Positions 19,901-30,549 of a DNA stretch of 64,000 bases are shown piece by piece. The notes beneath the pieces are model-generated. The model saw only the letters and a list, made by a program, of their open reading frames with translations. It was not told the DNA's origin and made no database searches. This stretch comes from an uncultured delta proteobacterium. Its GTDB lineage: Bacteria > Desulfobacterota > Desulfobacteria > Desulfobacterales > UBA2156. The stretch is from assembly GCA_963736855.1 (NCBI GenBank), contig CAVTQK010000020.1, positions 32,001 to 96,000 on the forward strand, written 5' to 3'. Each line of letters opens with the position of its first letter. The stretch's first letter is position 1. The translations under genes were made by a program, and so were the position numbers.

Positions 19901-22135
19901 CTATGCCGGGAGTTCAATAATAAATTTTGCCCCTCCGACGGGATTGTCCTGCACCCGGATCAAACCATTGTGCTCATCGATGATGGCGCTCACAATGGCG
20001 AGCCCCAGGCCCATCCCGCTGGTTTTGGTGGAGAATTTCGGCTCGAAAAGCCTTGTTTTATCTGCATCCGGGATCCCCTCCCCACTGTCGGTAATTTCGA
20101 TGCGGACCCGCTTCAAGATAGGGTCGTAGGCTACGGCGATATGGATGTAACCGGTCTCCTTGATGGCATAGATGGCATTTTCGATCAGGTTGATGAGGGC
20201 TTGCTTAATCTGCTGGCGGTCAAGGTTCATCTGAGGGATGGCATCGCTTACCTGGATTTGAAAATCGATGTTCCGATATTCTTCTTTATAAAGGGAAACC
20301 GTTTCCTCGATGATGGGAATCAGTGCGTTGGGTTTGGGATTGGCAACGGGAAACCGCGCAAAAGTCGAAAACTCATCGACCAGATTCCGGATCACTTCCA
20401 CATGCTCGGTAATGGTACGGGTGCACTCCTCGAAAACCGGATCCTGAATCTGATCGTAAAACTTTCGTTTCAGTCGCTGGGCGGAAAGGGCGATGGGGGT
20501 AAGGGGATTTTTGACTTCGTGGGCGATGCGACGGGCAACTTCCCGCCAGGCTACCATGCGCTGCGCCTTTTCCAGTTCCGTGAGATCATCAAAAACCATC
20601 ACCAGCCCCATGTGTTGATTTCGGTCGTCCTTCAGTGCGTTGATATGGATTAAAAAGCTTCTCGGCCTGCCTGCCACTGTCATTCTTAAAGGCAATTCCA
20701 CCGCGCTCTTACTGGAAGCCGATAGGCTTTCCATGATATCATCGGCAATGTTTAAATGCTTCTTGTCGATCAAATCTATATAACTGTGGTTCACGATTTG
20801 GGCGGGAGTGAGGTTTAACATCTTTTCAGCGGATTTGTTGATGGTGGTGATATATCCCTCAGCATCCAGGGTGATTACGCCTGCGGAAACATTCCTGAGT
20901 ACGATCTCCATGTATTGCCGCTTTTCTTCGATTTCGACGTTCTGCTCCTTGAGCATCCGGGCGGATCGTTCCAGCTGCTCCCGGCTGACATTCAAGTCCT
21001 GAGTCATTTTATTGAATGAATCAACTAGGATGCCGATTTCATCGTCGGCCGGAAGGCCGATACGAACATTGAGGTCCCCTTCCGCCACCCGACGGGTTCC
21101 TTCGGCCAGCTCCATGATGGGAATCGTTATAGACCTTGCCTGATAAAATCCAAACCAGATGGCGCAAAACATCACCAGAAGCGCCACGATGGAAAGGGTG
21201 ATGTAATAGGTGATCTGGATCGGCCTTTTCAGCAGTGTCCTCTGACGATATTCCTCAAATCCCCTTGAAATGGAGGCCAGGTTTTCGGAAAGCTCCTCGG
21301 AAAGCAGAACCGACAGAACGATGAATCCTTCCGAGGATTCATTTTTTTCTCCATAAGGGATGCTTCCGATGGTCCTTACCAGTTCTCCCTGGGGGAGCGT
21401 CTCGATGAAGGAGTGAACACCTTCGAACCCCCTGTCTTTTTGCAGGTTGTCGGCAGATACAACCTTCAGGGGTATCATTTCCAAGGCCTGGGATAGGGCG
21501 TAGGTGAGCCGTTTCGAATTGGCGCTGTAGAGTTCTATAGCTGGGATGTTGAACTCCCGTTGAACTACTTGGGTATACTTGTCCAGGACCTCGGCCTTCT
21601 TTGGATCCAACAGTTTTTTTCTGGCAATCCGATAGGCGATCCGTTCAACAAAATAGCGATTGTTTTCTTCCACATGATTATAGATCTGACGGCCCACAAG
21701 CAGAGAATTTTCAAGGGCCTGTTCCACCGGAACGTTGAACCAGAACTCGATACTGGTGGTAATAAAATTGATGGAGAAGATAAACAGGACGATGGTGGGC
21801 ATGAGGGTCAGCATGATAAATGCGAGCACGAGGCGGGTGCGCAGTTTGGCGCCGATGACCTTTTTTTTTCGGTCATAAAGAAGCTTAACCAGGTTTCTCA
21901 ATACCAGAAAAATCAGCAATATCAGTAGGAGAAAATTAATATTAATCAGGATGAACATGAGGGTGGTGTTGGAGATGGGAAACGCCGAACCGAACTGGAT
22001 CACCTTGGTTTCTGCGTATGTGAGAAGGGAAACAACCGCAGGGATGACCAGGATGAGGACGATCTCTCTTTTGCGTTTCCGCCGCTCTTTTTCAGGCAGT
22101 GTCGCGAAGGATTTCGTAAATCGGTTCAAGCGCAT
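19901..22135 (-). CDS. ntrY: NtrY-like sensor histidine kinase (TM-HAMP-PAS-HisKA-HATPase)
   Basis: AWREVARRIAHEVKNPLTPI H-box characteristic of NtrY; N-terminal TMs; HAMP. Confidence 0.85.
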   Translation of the reverse strand: MRLNRFTKSFATLPEKERRKRKREIVLILVIPAVVSLLTYAETKVIQFGSAFPISNTTLMFILININFLLLILLIFLVLRNLVKLLYDRKKKVIGAKLRTRLVLAFIMLTLMPTIVLFIFSINFITTSIEFWFNVPVEQALENSLLVGRQIYNHVEENNRYFVERIAYRIARKKLLDPKKAEVLDKYTQVVQREFNIPAIELYSANSKRLTYALSQALEMIPLKVVSADNLQKDRGFEGVHSFIETLPQGELVRTIGSIPYGEKNESSEGFIVLSVLLSEELSENLASISRGFEEYRQRTLLKRPIQITYYITLSIVALLVMFCAIWFGFYQARSITIPIMELAEGTRRVAEGDLNVRIGLPADDEIGILVDSFNKMTQDLNVSREQLERSARMLKEQNVEIEEKRQYMEIVLRNVSAGVITLDAEGYITTINKSAEKMLNLTPAQIVNHSYIDLIDKKHLNIADDIMESLSASSKSAVELPLRMTVAGRPRSFLIHINALKDDRNQHMGLVMVFDDLTELEKAQRMVAWREVARRIAHEVKNPLTPIALSAQRLKRKFYDQIQDPVFEECTRTITEHVEVIRNLVDEFSTFARFPVANPKPNALIPIIEETVSLYKEEYRNIDFQIQVSDAIPQMNLDRQQIKQALINLIENAIYAIKETGYIHIAVAYDPILKRVRIEITDSGEGIPDADKTRLFEPKFSTKTSGMGLGLAIVSAIIDEHNGLIRVQDNPVGGAKFIIELPA

Positions 22136-22306
22136 GGTTTACATCCGGCGTTACGGGCATGGAAACCTGTGTGCGGTATCTTTGTTTTCCGCACCAGGGC
22201 CTGGAATCGATATTGAAACTCTCCCAGCGAGTGTATTCCCTGCTCCCGGTAACGGGATGATTTCAGATCGATGATCCTTGATTGAAAAAATTTTTCCGAT
22301 CGGCGG

Positions 22307-22975
22307 TCAATAGATAAAATCCGTTGTGTACCAGTCGGTCTCGAAGTCCCAGAAGGCCATGAAAAACAGCACATAATGAAGATAAAACGGAAGCGTACGC
22401 TTGCTAAATTCCGCTTTGGCCTGGATTTGATATTGCCGGCCTTTTGTGAGGCGATTCAACTCGACGATTTTCAAGCTGTCGATTTCCGTCATCAGTTTCT
22501 GGGCTTCCAGGAAGGACCGGGTCTTTACAGGCGAAGCGCTTTCCCAGGATCGATCCACGACAAATTCCTTCTTAAGGGGGTTGTATCGTAGGGTGTGCGT
22601 AACCTCCAACTCATCGATTTCCTTATCTAACCAGAAGGTACGATACTGATATAAATGGATGAAAAACGAAAAGGTCGCCGGCACGCCGCTGAGGATGGCG
22701 CTTTTCATGTCGTCAGGAAAGGCGCCTTCCACACGCAAATAAATGAGCAGATCGTCCCGGGTGTTGGTGACGATGATATGGGTGAGCTTCGCCTCCTGGG
22801 AAAAAACCGGACTTTGCGTCAACAGCAAAACGGATAGAAAACAAAATACCTTGAATAAATTCCGCAGCAAGCGCGCGGTAAAACTCGATCCCCTCAAAAG
22901 AACACCTCTCCGTGAAAACATCGGTCGGATCAAAAGTATCGTAAGGTTACAAGGACCTTCATTCGGATCCGGCAC
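22307..22975 (-). CDS. DUF4390-like periplasmic protein (start uncertain)
   Basis: AILSGVPATFSF and C-terminal WDFETDW; usual position upstream of ntrY. Confidence 0.7.
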   Translation of the reverse strand: MPDPNEGPCNLTILLIRPMFSRRGVLLRGSSFTARLLRNLFKVFCFLSVLLLTQSPVFSQEAKLTHIIVTNTRDDLLIYLRVEGAFPDDMKSAILSGVPATFSFFIHLYQYRTFWLDKEIDELEVTHTLRYNPLKKEFVVDRSWESASPVKTRSFLEAQKLMTEIDSLKIVELNRLTKGRQYQIQAKAEFSKRTLPFYLHYVLFFMAFWDFETDWYTTDFIY

Positions 22976-23057
22976 ACCGCATATAGTTTACCGAACTGAC
23001 CGATCCATACCGGATGTGCGTTGAAATCGCAAGAATTTTTGGGCCATGGAGAGGGAA

Positions 23058-23933
23058 TCAGGGTCTTTGAACGAAACAAGTTTCCCATGAATCCCGCCTC
23101 TTGAAGAACTCTTTGAGAAAGGCGTGGTTGAGTGCGTGACCTGATTTAGAGACCTTCAGATGCCCAAGGATGGGCATTCCCAAAAGGGAAAAATCTCCTA
23201 GGCAATCCAGGATCTTGTGTCGGACAAATTCGTTTTCCCAGCGAAGTCCGTCTTTGTTTAGGATCCGATCCGAGTCAATGACGATGGCGTTTTCCAAAGA
23301 AGCCCCCTTGGCAAAGCCATACAATTGAAGGTATTCGAACTCTTGGAGAAACCCATATGTTCTGGCTTTTGCAATCTCTTGCCCGAATCCCTTCTCGGTC
23401 AAAACCAGGGAAAAAGATTGGGATTGAATGACCGGATGGTCATAATGAATATGGCACGAGATTCGAAATTCCGGGGACGGATGCAGGGCCACAGTTTTTC
23501 CGTTTTCGGCAAGCTCAATGGGCTTTTTGATCATGAAAAAACATTTGGGGCTGTCTTGCTCTTGAATCCCCGCTTCCAGGATAGACACCGTGAAAGGGCC
23601 GGCGCTTCCATCCATGATCGGGATCTCGTAAGCATCAAGTTCCACCAGGGCATTGTCGATGGAGAGGCCGGCGAAACTGGCCATTAAATGCTCGATGGTA
23701 GAAACGATAAATCCGTCATGACCGATGACTGTGGCCATGCTGGTGTCCACCACGCTGTTCAAATGGGCTGAAATGCACGGGCTCTCCGGCAAGTCGATCC
23801 GCTTGAACCGGATCCCGTAATTGACCGGTGCCGGCTTGATGGTCAGACAAACCCTTTTGCCGGAATGGACCCCGATTCCGGAACAGTGAACAGGTTGTGC
23901 TACGGTTCTTTGTTTGTAAGGTATCATCAACAC
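23058..23933 (-). CDS. lpxC: UDP-3-O-acyl-N-acetylglucosamine deacetylase
   Basis: QRT...GIGVHSG, TIEHLMA, PIMDGSA, EFVRHKILD, SGHALN. Confidence 0.96.
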   Translation of the reverse strand: MLMIPYKQRTVAQPVHCSGIGVHSGKRVCLTIKPAPVNYGIRFKRIDLPESPCISAHLNSVVDTSMATVIGHDGFIVSTIEHLMASFAGLSIDNALVELDAYEIPIMDGSAGPFTVSILEAGIQEQDSPKCFFMIKKPIELAENGKTVALHPSPEFRISCHIHYDHPVIQSQSFSLVLTEKGFGQEIAKARTYGFLQEFEYLQLYGFAKGASLENAIVIDSDRILNKDGLRWENEFVRHKILDCLGDFSLLGMPILGHLKVSKSGHALNHAFLKEFFKRRDSWETCFVQRP

Positions 23934-24137
23934 CGTTTCTTCCCCAGCCGAGTGAAACCGGCATCGGAAAAATGGCTTTTTATTTATTTAGGTAAGCATC
24001 CATAGCAGTTACTAAAGGGTAGTTCAATACCGATCTTGAAAGTTCCCGCGTTTCGTTTGATTTCAAGATCCGTTTCATAAAAAATTTGTCTCTTAAAAGG
24101 TGATCTGTTATATCCATTGGCGGGAATTGGGACAAAT

Positions 24138-25673
24138 ATGGTTTCAAGGATTCAAAGCAGCGCATTGATGGGGATCGACGCTTACCGTGTGGAAGTGGAG
24201 GTGGACGTCTCCCCGGGGCTTCCGGCATTTACCATCGTAGGTTTACCCGAAACTTCCGTAAAAGAAAGTAAAGAGCGGGTTAAAAGCGCGATCACCAACA
24301 GCGGGTACGTCTTCCCTGATGACCGAATTACGGTCAACCTGGCCCCTGCTCATGTCAGGAAAAGCGGGACCGGTTTTGACCTGCCCATAGCCCTCGGAAT
24401 CCTTTTCGCAAGCCGACCGATTCCCAATCCGGAGCGATCTCAGCACTTGGTACTGGGGGAATTGTCCCTTGACGGCCGGATCAAACCCATCGCCGGTGTC
24501 CTGTCCATGGTCATCGCCGCCAAGAAAGCTGGCCTTAAGGGAATCGTGGCTCCATACGAGAATCGAAAGGAAGCTTCCGTGGTGGACGACCTATCGGTCT
24601 TTGCCATCAAAACGCTTTCCGAGGCTGTTGAATTTTTCATGGGAAGCCTGGATCTGATTCCTGAAACATCCGACCCGATAGATTCAGTGGAAACGATGAT
24701 CGAAGATGAGGTTGATTTTTCGGAGATCCTGGGGCAGGAACACGTCAAGCGGGGCCTGGAAGTGGCCGCAGCCGGTGGTCACAACCTCATCATGGTGGGT
24801 CCTCCAGGATCCGGAAAGACCATGCTGGCCCGGCGCCTTCCGACAATTTTGCCGCCGCTTTCCTTTGAAGAAGCCATAGAAACCACCCGGATTTACAGCG
24901 CAGTCGGAATGCTGGGAAAAGACCAGCGTCTATTGACCCGCAGGCCCTTTCGCGCACCTCACCATACCATTTCTGATGCTGGGATCATCGGCGGCGGTCA
25001 TGCTCCTCGACCCGGAGAGGTGAGTCTCGCCCATCACGGCGTTCTCTTTCTGGACGAATTTCCTGAATTTAAAAAACCCGTATTGGAGGCCCTGCGCCAG
25101 CCCATGGAAGACCAGGAAGTGACCATTTCAAGGGCAGCCTCTGCATTGACCTTCCCTGCGGCCTTCATGCTCGTGGCCGCTATGAATCCTTGCCCGTGCG
25201 GATATCACATGGATCCCAAGCATGAGTGCCGCTGCACGGACTCTCAGATCCTCAAGTACCGGTCGCGGATCTCCGGGCCCCTGATGGACCGCATCGATAT
25301 CCATATGGAGGTTCCGGCGGTGCCACATAAAGAAATTCGCCGCGGAACCGGAGGGGAGCCCTCTATGTCCATCCGGAAACGGGTTTCGGAGGCCCGAAGA
25401 CTCCAAAGGGAGCGCTTCGGGAAAACCCAAATCACCTGCAATGCCAAGATGAGCAGCCGGCATATTAAGCGGTATTGCCCCCTGGATTCGGATTCCATGC
25501 GTCTTTTAGAGGCGGCCATGGATCGTCTGGGGCTTTCGGCAAGAGGCTATAACCGGATCCTCAAAATCGCGAGGACTATCGCCGATCTCTCAGACATGGA
25601 AGCCATTGCACCAGACCACGTGGCAGAGGCGATTCAATACCGGAGTCTGGACCGGGGAAAAGGCGTGTCCTAA
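24138..25673 (+). CDS. comM: YifB/ComM Mg-chelatase-like AAA+ ATPase
   Basis: TVNLAPA, GPPGSGKT, RPFRAPHHT, PGEVSLAH, AMNPCPCG, EAIQYR. Confidence 0.92.
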   Translation: MVSRIQSSALMGIDAYRVEVEVDVSPGLPAFTIVGLPETSVKESKERVKSAITNSGYVFPDDRITVNLAPAHVRKSGTGFDLPIALGILFASRPIPNPERSQHLVLGELSLDGRIKPIAGVLSMVIAAKKAGLKGIVAPYENRKEASVVDDLSVFAIKTLSEAVEFFMGSLDLIPETSDPIDSVETMIEDEVDFSEILGQEHVKRGLEVAAAGGHNLIMVGPPGSGKTMLARRLPTILPPLSFEEAIETTRIYSAVGMLGKDQRLLTRRPFRAPHHTISDAGIIGGGHAPRPGEVSLAHHGVLFLDEFPEFKKPVLEALRQPMEDQEVTISRAASALTFPAAFMLVAAMNPCPCGYHMDPKHECRCTDSQILKYRSRISGPLMDRIDIHMEVPAVPHKEIRRGTGGEPSMSIRKRVSEARRLQRERFGKTQITCNAKMSSRHIKRYCPLDSDSMRLLEAAMDRLGLSARGYNRILKIARTIADLSDMEAIAPDHVAEAIQYRSLDRGKGVS

Positions 25674-25792
25674 GTCCATCGGCGCTTTACAGACCCTCTG
25701 CCATATGTCACATTTTATCTATTTTGCCGATTTTACGAAGACTTGATGACTCTTACAGACTCCTCAAGAATGGCACCTAAAGAGGATTTTAA

Positions 25793-27556
25793 ATGGAAGG
25801 ATTTTACGGCAGGATATTGGAAATCGATGTGACCCATCAACGGTTCCGAATCACTCCTATCGGCGACGATATTCTGGGACACTATTTAGGTGGCAAGGGG
25901 CTGGGATCTTATCTTCTCATGCAGTTCAATCCCGAAAAGGTTTCTCCATTTTCGCCGAAGAACCGCTTGATTTTCGCCACAGGACCCATTACCGGAAGCC
26001 CGATCTGGGGCTCAAGCCGTTATGGCGTTTTCACTAAGTCTCCACAAACAGGGTTTTATAGTGAGTCCTATGCTGGAGGAAAGGTACCGGAAGCCGTCGA
26101 TGCTGCCGGGTTTGATGCCGTCATGATTTCCGGGAAAAGCGACGAACCCATCATCCTCGGTGTTTGCCCGGACGGAGTGACATTCTATCCGGCCCAAGAT
26201 ATTTGGGGAATGGATACTTTTACCGCCGAAGACGCCGTCCATGAACGATTCGGCCGAACACTAAAAAAGGGAGAAAAAGCCGGAGCGGTGGTGATCGGAC
26301 CTGCGGGAGAAAACCGTGTAACCTTTGCGGTCATCGAAAACGACTACTGGCGCTCGGCAGGCCGCACCGGTGTCGGGGCCATCATGGGGAGCAAGCGTAT
26401 CAAGGCCATCCTCTTCAGGGGCTCGGAACACCGCAAGCTTCATGATTCAGAAGGTGTCCTCCAGTTTTCCAAGGAGCTGGCCAAAGCGGCAAAAGAACAT
26501 CCGGTTGTCAATGCATTCAAGTCATGGGGTACACCCAACATGGTGGAAAGGACCATCCGGGCTAACGCCTTTCCCACCCGTTACTGGTCCCAAGGTTATT
26601 TCGCCGGATGGGAAAAAATCAGCGCTCAAGCGCTTCATAGAGAGTGCCGGGTAACGCCCCGCGCTTGTGCCAGGTGTTTCATCGCCTGCGGCAGAATGAG
26701 CGAAATTCTCGCCGGCCGACACGCCGGCCTGAAAATCGAAGGGCCCGAGTATGAAACGATTTTTGCCTTCGGCGGCCTTTGCATGATCGATGACATTAAA
26801 GAGATCGCATACCTGAACAACCTCTGCGATCGTCTGGGGATGGATACCATCAGCGCCGGGAACTTGTGCGCATTGGCCATAGAAGCCTCCCGGAGAAAAC
26901 GCATCGACTTTTCAATCGATTACGGAGACGTGGACGGTATTGCCACCCTTCTAAACCAGATCGCCGCAAGGAAAGACATCGGGAATGACCTGGCCGACGG
27001 CACCGTGAAAGCGGCTAAAAAATGGCGTTTGGAGGAGATCGCCGTCCATGCCAAGGGATTAGAACCTCCTGGTTATGATCCCCGCGTACTGAAAGGTAGC
27101 GCCCTGGCTTTTGCCGTGTCTGACCGGGGAGCCTGCCATCTGAGGGCGATGTTTCATAACCCGGAACTGAGCGGACTCCTTGATCCAGATGAAATTGAAG
27201 GCAAGGCGACCCACCTCATCGAAGACGAAAATCGACTGACCCTGATGGACACCCTCATCCTGTGCCGCTTTTATAGGATTCTTTACCCATGGGAAAAGAT
27301 GCCCGATTTCCTCGGCCTCGTCTGCGGGATCCAAACCGATCTGGAAGGATTGCGAAGGCGAGCCAATGACATTACGACATTGATCCGTCGGTTCAATCTC
27401 CGGGAAGGGCTGAGATCCGATAATGATCAACTTTCAAAAGGGTTATTTCGAAAAAATCTGAATGGTATCCCCTCCTTGGACGAAGCTCAGGTGAAGAAGA
27501 TGGTTCAGGATTATTACCGCATTCGAGGATGGAATACCTCCGGCATCCCGATGTAA
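25793..27556 (+). CDS. Tungsten-dependent aldehyde:ferredoxin oxidoreductase family protein
   Basis: YLGGKGLG, AGRTGVGAIMGSK, CxxCxxxC, EGPEYET, DRLGMDTIS, RGACHL. Confidence 0.92.
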   Translation: MEGFYGRILEIDVTHQRFRITPIGDDILGHYLGGKGLGSYLLMQFNPEKVSPFSPKNRLIFATGPITGSPIWGSSRYGVFTKSPQTGFYSESYAGGKVPEAVDAAGFDAVMISGKSDEPIILGVCPDGVTFYPAQDIWGMDTFTAEDAVHERFGRTLKKGEKAGAVVIGPAGENRVTFAVIENDYWRSAGRTGVGAIMGSKRIKAILFRGSEHRKLHDSEGVLQFSKELAKAAKEHPVVNAFKSWGTPNMVERTIRANAFPTRYWSQGYFAGWEKISAQALHRECRVTPRACARCFIACGRMSEILAGRHAGLKIEGPEYETIFAFGGLCMIDDIKEIAYLNNLCDRLGMDTISAGNLCALAIEASRRKRIDFSIDYGDVDGIATLLNQIAARKDIGNDLADGTVKAAKKWRLEEIAVHAKGLEPPGYDPRVLKGSALAFAVSDRGACHLRAMFHNPELSGLLDPDEIEGKATHLIEDENRLTLMDTLILCRFYRILYPWEKMPDFLGLVCGIQTDLEGLRRRANDITTLIRRFNLREGLRSDNDQLSKGLFRKNLNGIPSLDEAQVKKMVQDYYRIRGWNTSGIPM

Positions 27557-27639
27557 ACCCTCTCACAAACAGCCGCAACGCATAGAGTCATTGCTTATTC
27601 CCTGCGGGTTGTCTCTTTTCTTCAACGACCTTTAGGTTT

Positions 27640-27792
27640 GATGAAATCGTAAAAACTCAAAATTAGGATGGCAAAGTAAAAAGCTTCAGATGCAAGGCGC
27701 GCAAATCCTGAGGAATGAGGCGTACATATGGGTACGCCGTAATGACGAAGGATGCAGTGCAACGCAGCAGATGGACTTTTTACGAAGCCATC
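27640..27792 (-). mobile_element. 153-bp MITE, copy 2 (inverted)
   Basis: Reverse complement of copies 1 and 3; flanked on both sides by AGGTTT. Confidence 0.9.
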
Positions 27793-27796
27793 AGGT

Positions 27797-27824
27797 TTGA
27801 CATCCGCAAAGGGGGCCTTACTAT
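27797..27824 (+). promoter_or_regulatory. Putative sigma70 promoter directly beside MITE copy 2
   Basis: TTGACA-16 bp-TACTAT upstream of ORF 27893. Confidence 0.5.
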
Positions 27825-27892
27825 GGTTCTAAACGCTGTTATTCACCCCTGAATGCCGATTTGGGGATACCTCGAAAAAAGGAGATCGTTAA

Positions 27893-28573
27893 ATGACATT
27901 TGAGACCAAGGAACAGGTCCTTGAAAAGATCCTTTCCGAAAAGAAGCCAAAGTGTCCGCACTGCGAAGAAGAAATGACTTTATGGGAGGTCCCTCCCATC
28001 ACTTTCAGCGATGGACTGGGATGGGGTGTGCCTTATTTATATGTATGTTTCAATGACAAATGTAGCCTCTACATGCAAGGCTGGGATAATTTAAAGGAAA
28101 ATTACTCCCAGAACGCATCTTATCGGTGCATGTGCTACCCCGGAACCGATCAGTTCGAATGCATGCCCGTTTTCAGCTCCCAAGGTGCCCGCGGCCAGAT
28201 CATCGATGATCAGATTCTGGCCGCTGAAGAAACACTGAAGTCTGCTATCAAGAAGGGATTTTCCCTCCTCGCGGATTGCTATGTTGCCAAGGATATGGTC
28301 CCTGTCTTACAGATGTTGATGGATGCTGCGGAACCGGTACGCGTCCGGCTCAAGGCAGCGGAAATGATCGGAGACTTCGGGGAACTGGAAGCTATCGAAC
28401 CGTTGAGAAACCTTAAAGTCGGAAACGAGATTTTGCAAAACAAAATCGATCGGGGTGTTCAAAAAATCCATGAACGCCATTTTACCCGTGAGTGTCCGTT
28501 CTGCGCAGAAGTCATCAAGCAAAGAGCTAAAATCTGCAAACACTGCGGGAAAGACCTGACCGCTGAATCTTAA
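27893..28573 (+). CDS. Hypothetical Cys-rich protein (N-terminal CxxC..CxxxxC, HEAT-like repeat, C-terminal zinc ribbon)
   Basis: AGGAG RBS; CPHC, CFNDKC, VRVRLKAAEMIG, CPFC-x10-CKHC. Confidence 0.75.
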   Translation: MTFETKEQVLEKILSEKKPKCPHCEEEMTLWEVPPITFSDGLGWGVPYLYVCFNDKCSLYMQGWDNLKENYSQNASYRCMCYPGTDQFECMPVFSSQGARGQIIDDQILAAEETLKSAIKKGFSLLADCYVAKDMVPVLQMLMDAAEPVRVRLKAAEMIGDFGELEAIEPLRNLKVGNEILQNKIDRGVQKIHERHFTRECPFCAEVIKQRAKICKHCGKDLTAES

Positions 28574-28636
28574 CGAGCCTGCCGGCCCAGCGGTATTACC
28601 GGGCCGATGTCTATGTCCTCAAATGCGACACTTTTC

Positions 28637-30187
28637 TCAAGGGGTGTCGATCAATACATTTCCCGTCATCTCTCCGGGTTTTTCGATCTCCATCAACCAG
28701 AGGATCGACGGAGAGATATCCGCCAGTACCCCCTCTCTCAACTTGACGTATCTGCGACCATCGTCCACCAGAATGAAAGGAACGGGGTTAGTGGTGTGGG
28801 CGGTGAAGACATGTCCCCGATCGTCGATCATGGTCTCCGCATTCCCATGATCCGCCGTGACCATTGCGATTCCTTTTCTGGATAAAACTTCCGGGACGAT
28901 TTCCCCCACACATCGGTCCACGGCCTCACAGGCTGCAACGGCAGCCTTCAGATTGCCGGTATGACCCACCATGTCCATGTTGGCAAAGTTGAGGATGATG
29001 AGATCATAAGCATCGGAACGTATTCGCGTAAGGACTTCCCGAGTCACATCGAAGGCGCTCATCTCGGGCTTGAGGTCATAGGTTGGGACCTCGCGGGGAG
29101 AAGGGATCAGGCATCGGTCTTCCAGGGGAAAGGGTTCTTCCTCACCCCCGTTGAAAAAATAGGTGACATGGGCATACTTTTCCGTCTCCGCGATTCTCAA
29201 TTGCCGCAAGCCCATACTACTGATGACTTTACCCAGGATATTTTTGAGGTGGATGGGCGGAAAGGCTACAGGGAGGGAAAACCGTTCGTCATAAAGGGTC
29301 ATGCACACATATCCGCATAGCTGTGGCCAGGGATTGCGTACAAAGGCATCAAACCTTTCCTCAGTCAGCGCCCGCGTGATTTCACGGGCCCGGTCTGCTC
29401 GGAAATTGAAGAACAAGACACCGTCGCCGTCTTCAATCGTCGCGACGGGCGAACCGTTTCCTTGGGTCATCACCATGGGTTGGATGAATTCATCCGTTTC
29501 TCCCCGCAAATAGGCATTTCGGATTCCTTTGAACAACTCTTGTTCAGCGATACCTTCCCCTTTTGTATAAAGCCGATACGCTCTTTCAACGCGGTCCCAC
29601 CGGTTGTCACGGTCCATGGCAAAATAACGGCCGCAGATCGTCGCGACGGCGCCGCATCCCAACTCCTTAATGGCATCAGAGAGTTGAGTCAGATAAGTTA
29701 TACCGCTGTCCGGAGGGGTATCCCGGCCGTCCGTAATCGCGTGGATGTACACCTGCTGAAGGCTCATTTTTTTGGCAAGCTTCAACAGGGCCTGTAAATG
29801 GGTCAACTGGCTGTGAACGCCACCATTTGAAACCAGGCCCATGAGGTGGAGTTTCGAGCCGTTTTCCTTGACCTTGGAAATAAACTGGTTGAAAATAGTG
29901 TTTTCAAAAAAGGTGCCTTCCTGGATGGCCGTATCGATCCGGAGCAGATCCTGATAAACAATACGACCGGCCCCGATGTTCAAATGCCCTACCTCGGAGT
30001 TGCCCATGATACCGTCCGGCAACCCGACAGCGCGACCCGAGCATTGGAGTCGGGTGTGAGGATAGGTTTCCATCAAGCGATCCAGGACAGGCGTTTTGGC
30101 CTGCGCCACGGCATTTCCTTCGGTCTTAGAATTCAACCCCCAACCGTCCAGAATCATCAGAAGGACCGGTTTTGCGCGATTATTCAT
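28637..30187 (-). CDS. gpmI: 2,3-bisphosphoglycerate-independent phosphoglycerate mutase
   Basis: LMILDGWG, MGNSEVGH, AETEKYAHVT, DMVGHTG, TADHGN. Confidence 0.97.
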   Translation of the reverse strand: MNNRAKPVLLMILDGWGLNSKTEGNAVAQAKTPVLDRLMETYPHTRLQCSGRAVGLPDGIMGNSEVGHLNIGAGRIVYQDLLRIDTAIQEGTFFENTIFNQFISKVKENGSKLHLMGLVSNGGVHSQLTHLQALLKLAKKMSLQQVYIHAITDGRDTPPDSGITYLTQLSDAIKELGCGAVATICGRYFAMDRDNRWDRVERAYRLYTKGEGIAEQELFKGIRNAYLRGETDEFIQPMVMTQGNGSPVATIEDGDGVLFFNFRADRAREITRALTEERFDAFVRNPWPQLCGYVCMTLYDERFSLPVAFPPIHLKNILGKVISSMGLRQLRIAETEKYAHVTYFFNGGEEEPFPLEDRCLIPSPREVPTYDLKPEMSAFDVTREVLTRIRSDAYDLIILNFANMDMVGHTGNLKAAVAACEAVDRCVGEIVPEVLSRKGIAMVTADHGNAETMIDDRGHVFTAHTTNPVPFILVDDGRRYVKLREGVLADISPSILWLMEIEKPGEMTGNVLIDTP

Positions 30188-30549
30188 GATGGGCTCCCGG
30201 TTTCGGAATATTCGATACGCCTGGCGCCTGTCCAAAGCCCTTCCAAGTCGTAGAAGCGGCGAACAGGCTCATAAAAAACATGAATGATGACATCTCCATA
30301 GTCCATAAGGATCCAGTGCCCTTCGGTCATCCCTTCGACACTGAGGGGCCGGATCTCTTGCTTCTTCAGCGTTATGCGAATATGCTCGGCGATGGCGATG
30401 ACCTGACGGCTGGAACGACCTGAGCAAAAAATAAAAACATCGGTGTACGAAATCAAATCCCGTACATCCAATACGATCAGGTCTTCAGCCTTTTTCCCCA
30501 AAACCGCTTGAACATATGCATCGATGGACGGCATCTCGGTGCGGGTCAT
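30184..30549 (-). CDS. rsfS: Ribosome silencing factor
   Basis: WILMDYGDVIIHVF...RRFYDLEGLW; follows nadD. Confidence 0.94.
   Translation of the reverse strand: MTRTEMPSIDAYVQAVLGKKAEDLIVLDVRDLISYTDVFIFCSGRSSRQVIAIAEHIRITLKKQEIRPLSVEGMTEGHWILMDYGDVIIHVFYEPVRRFYDLEGLWTGARRIEYSETGSPS

Noticed and set aside
22974..22989. NrdR-box-like ACACCGCATATAGTTT
   Set aside because: Single imperfect copy more than 6 kb upstream of nrdJ; NrdR sites are normally tandem and promoter-proximal
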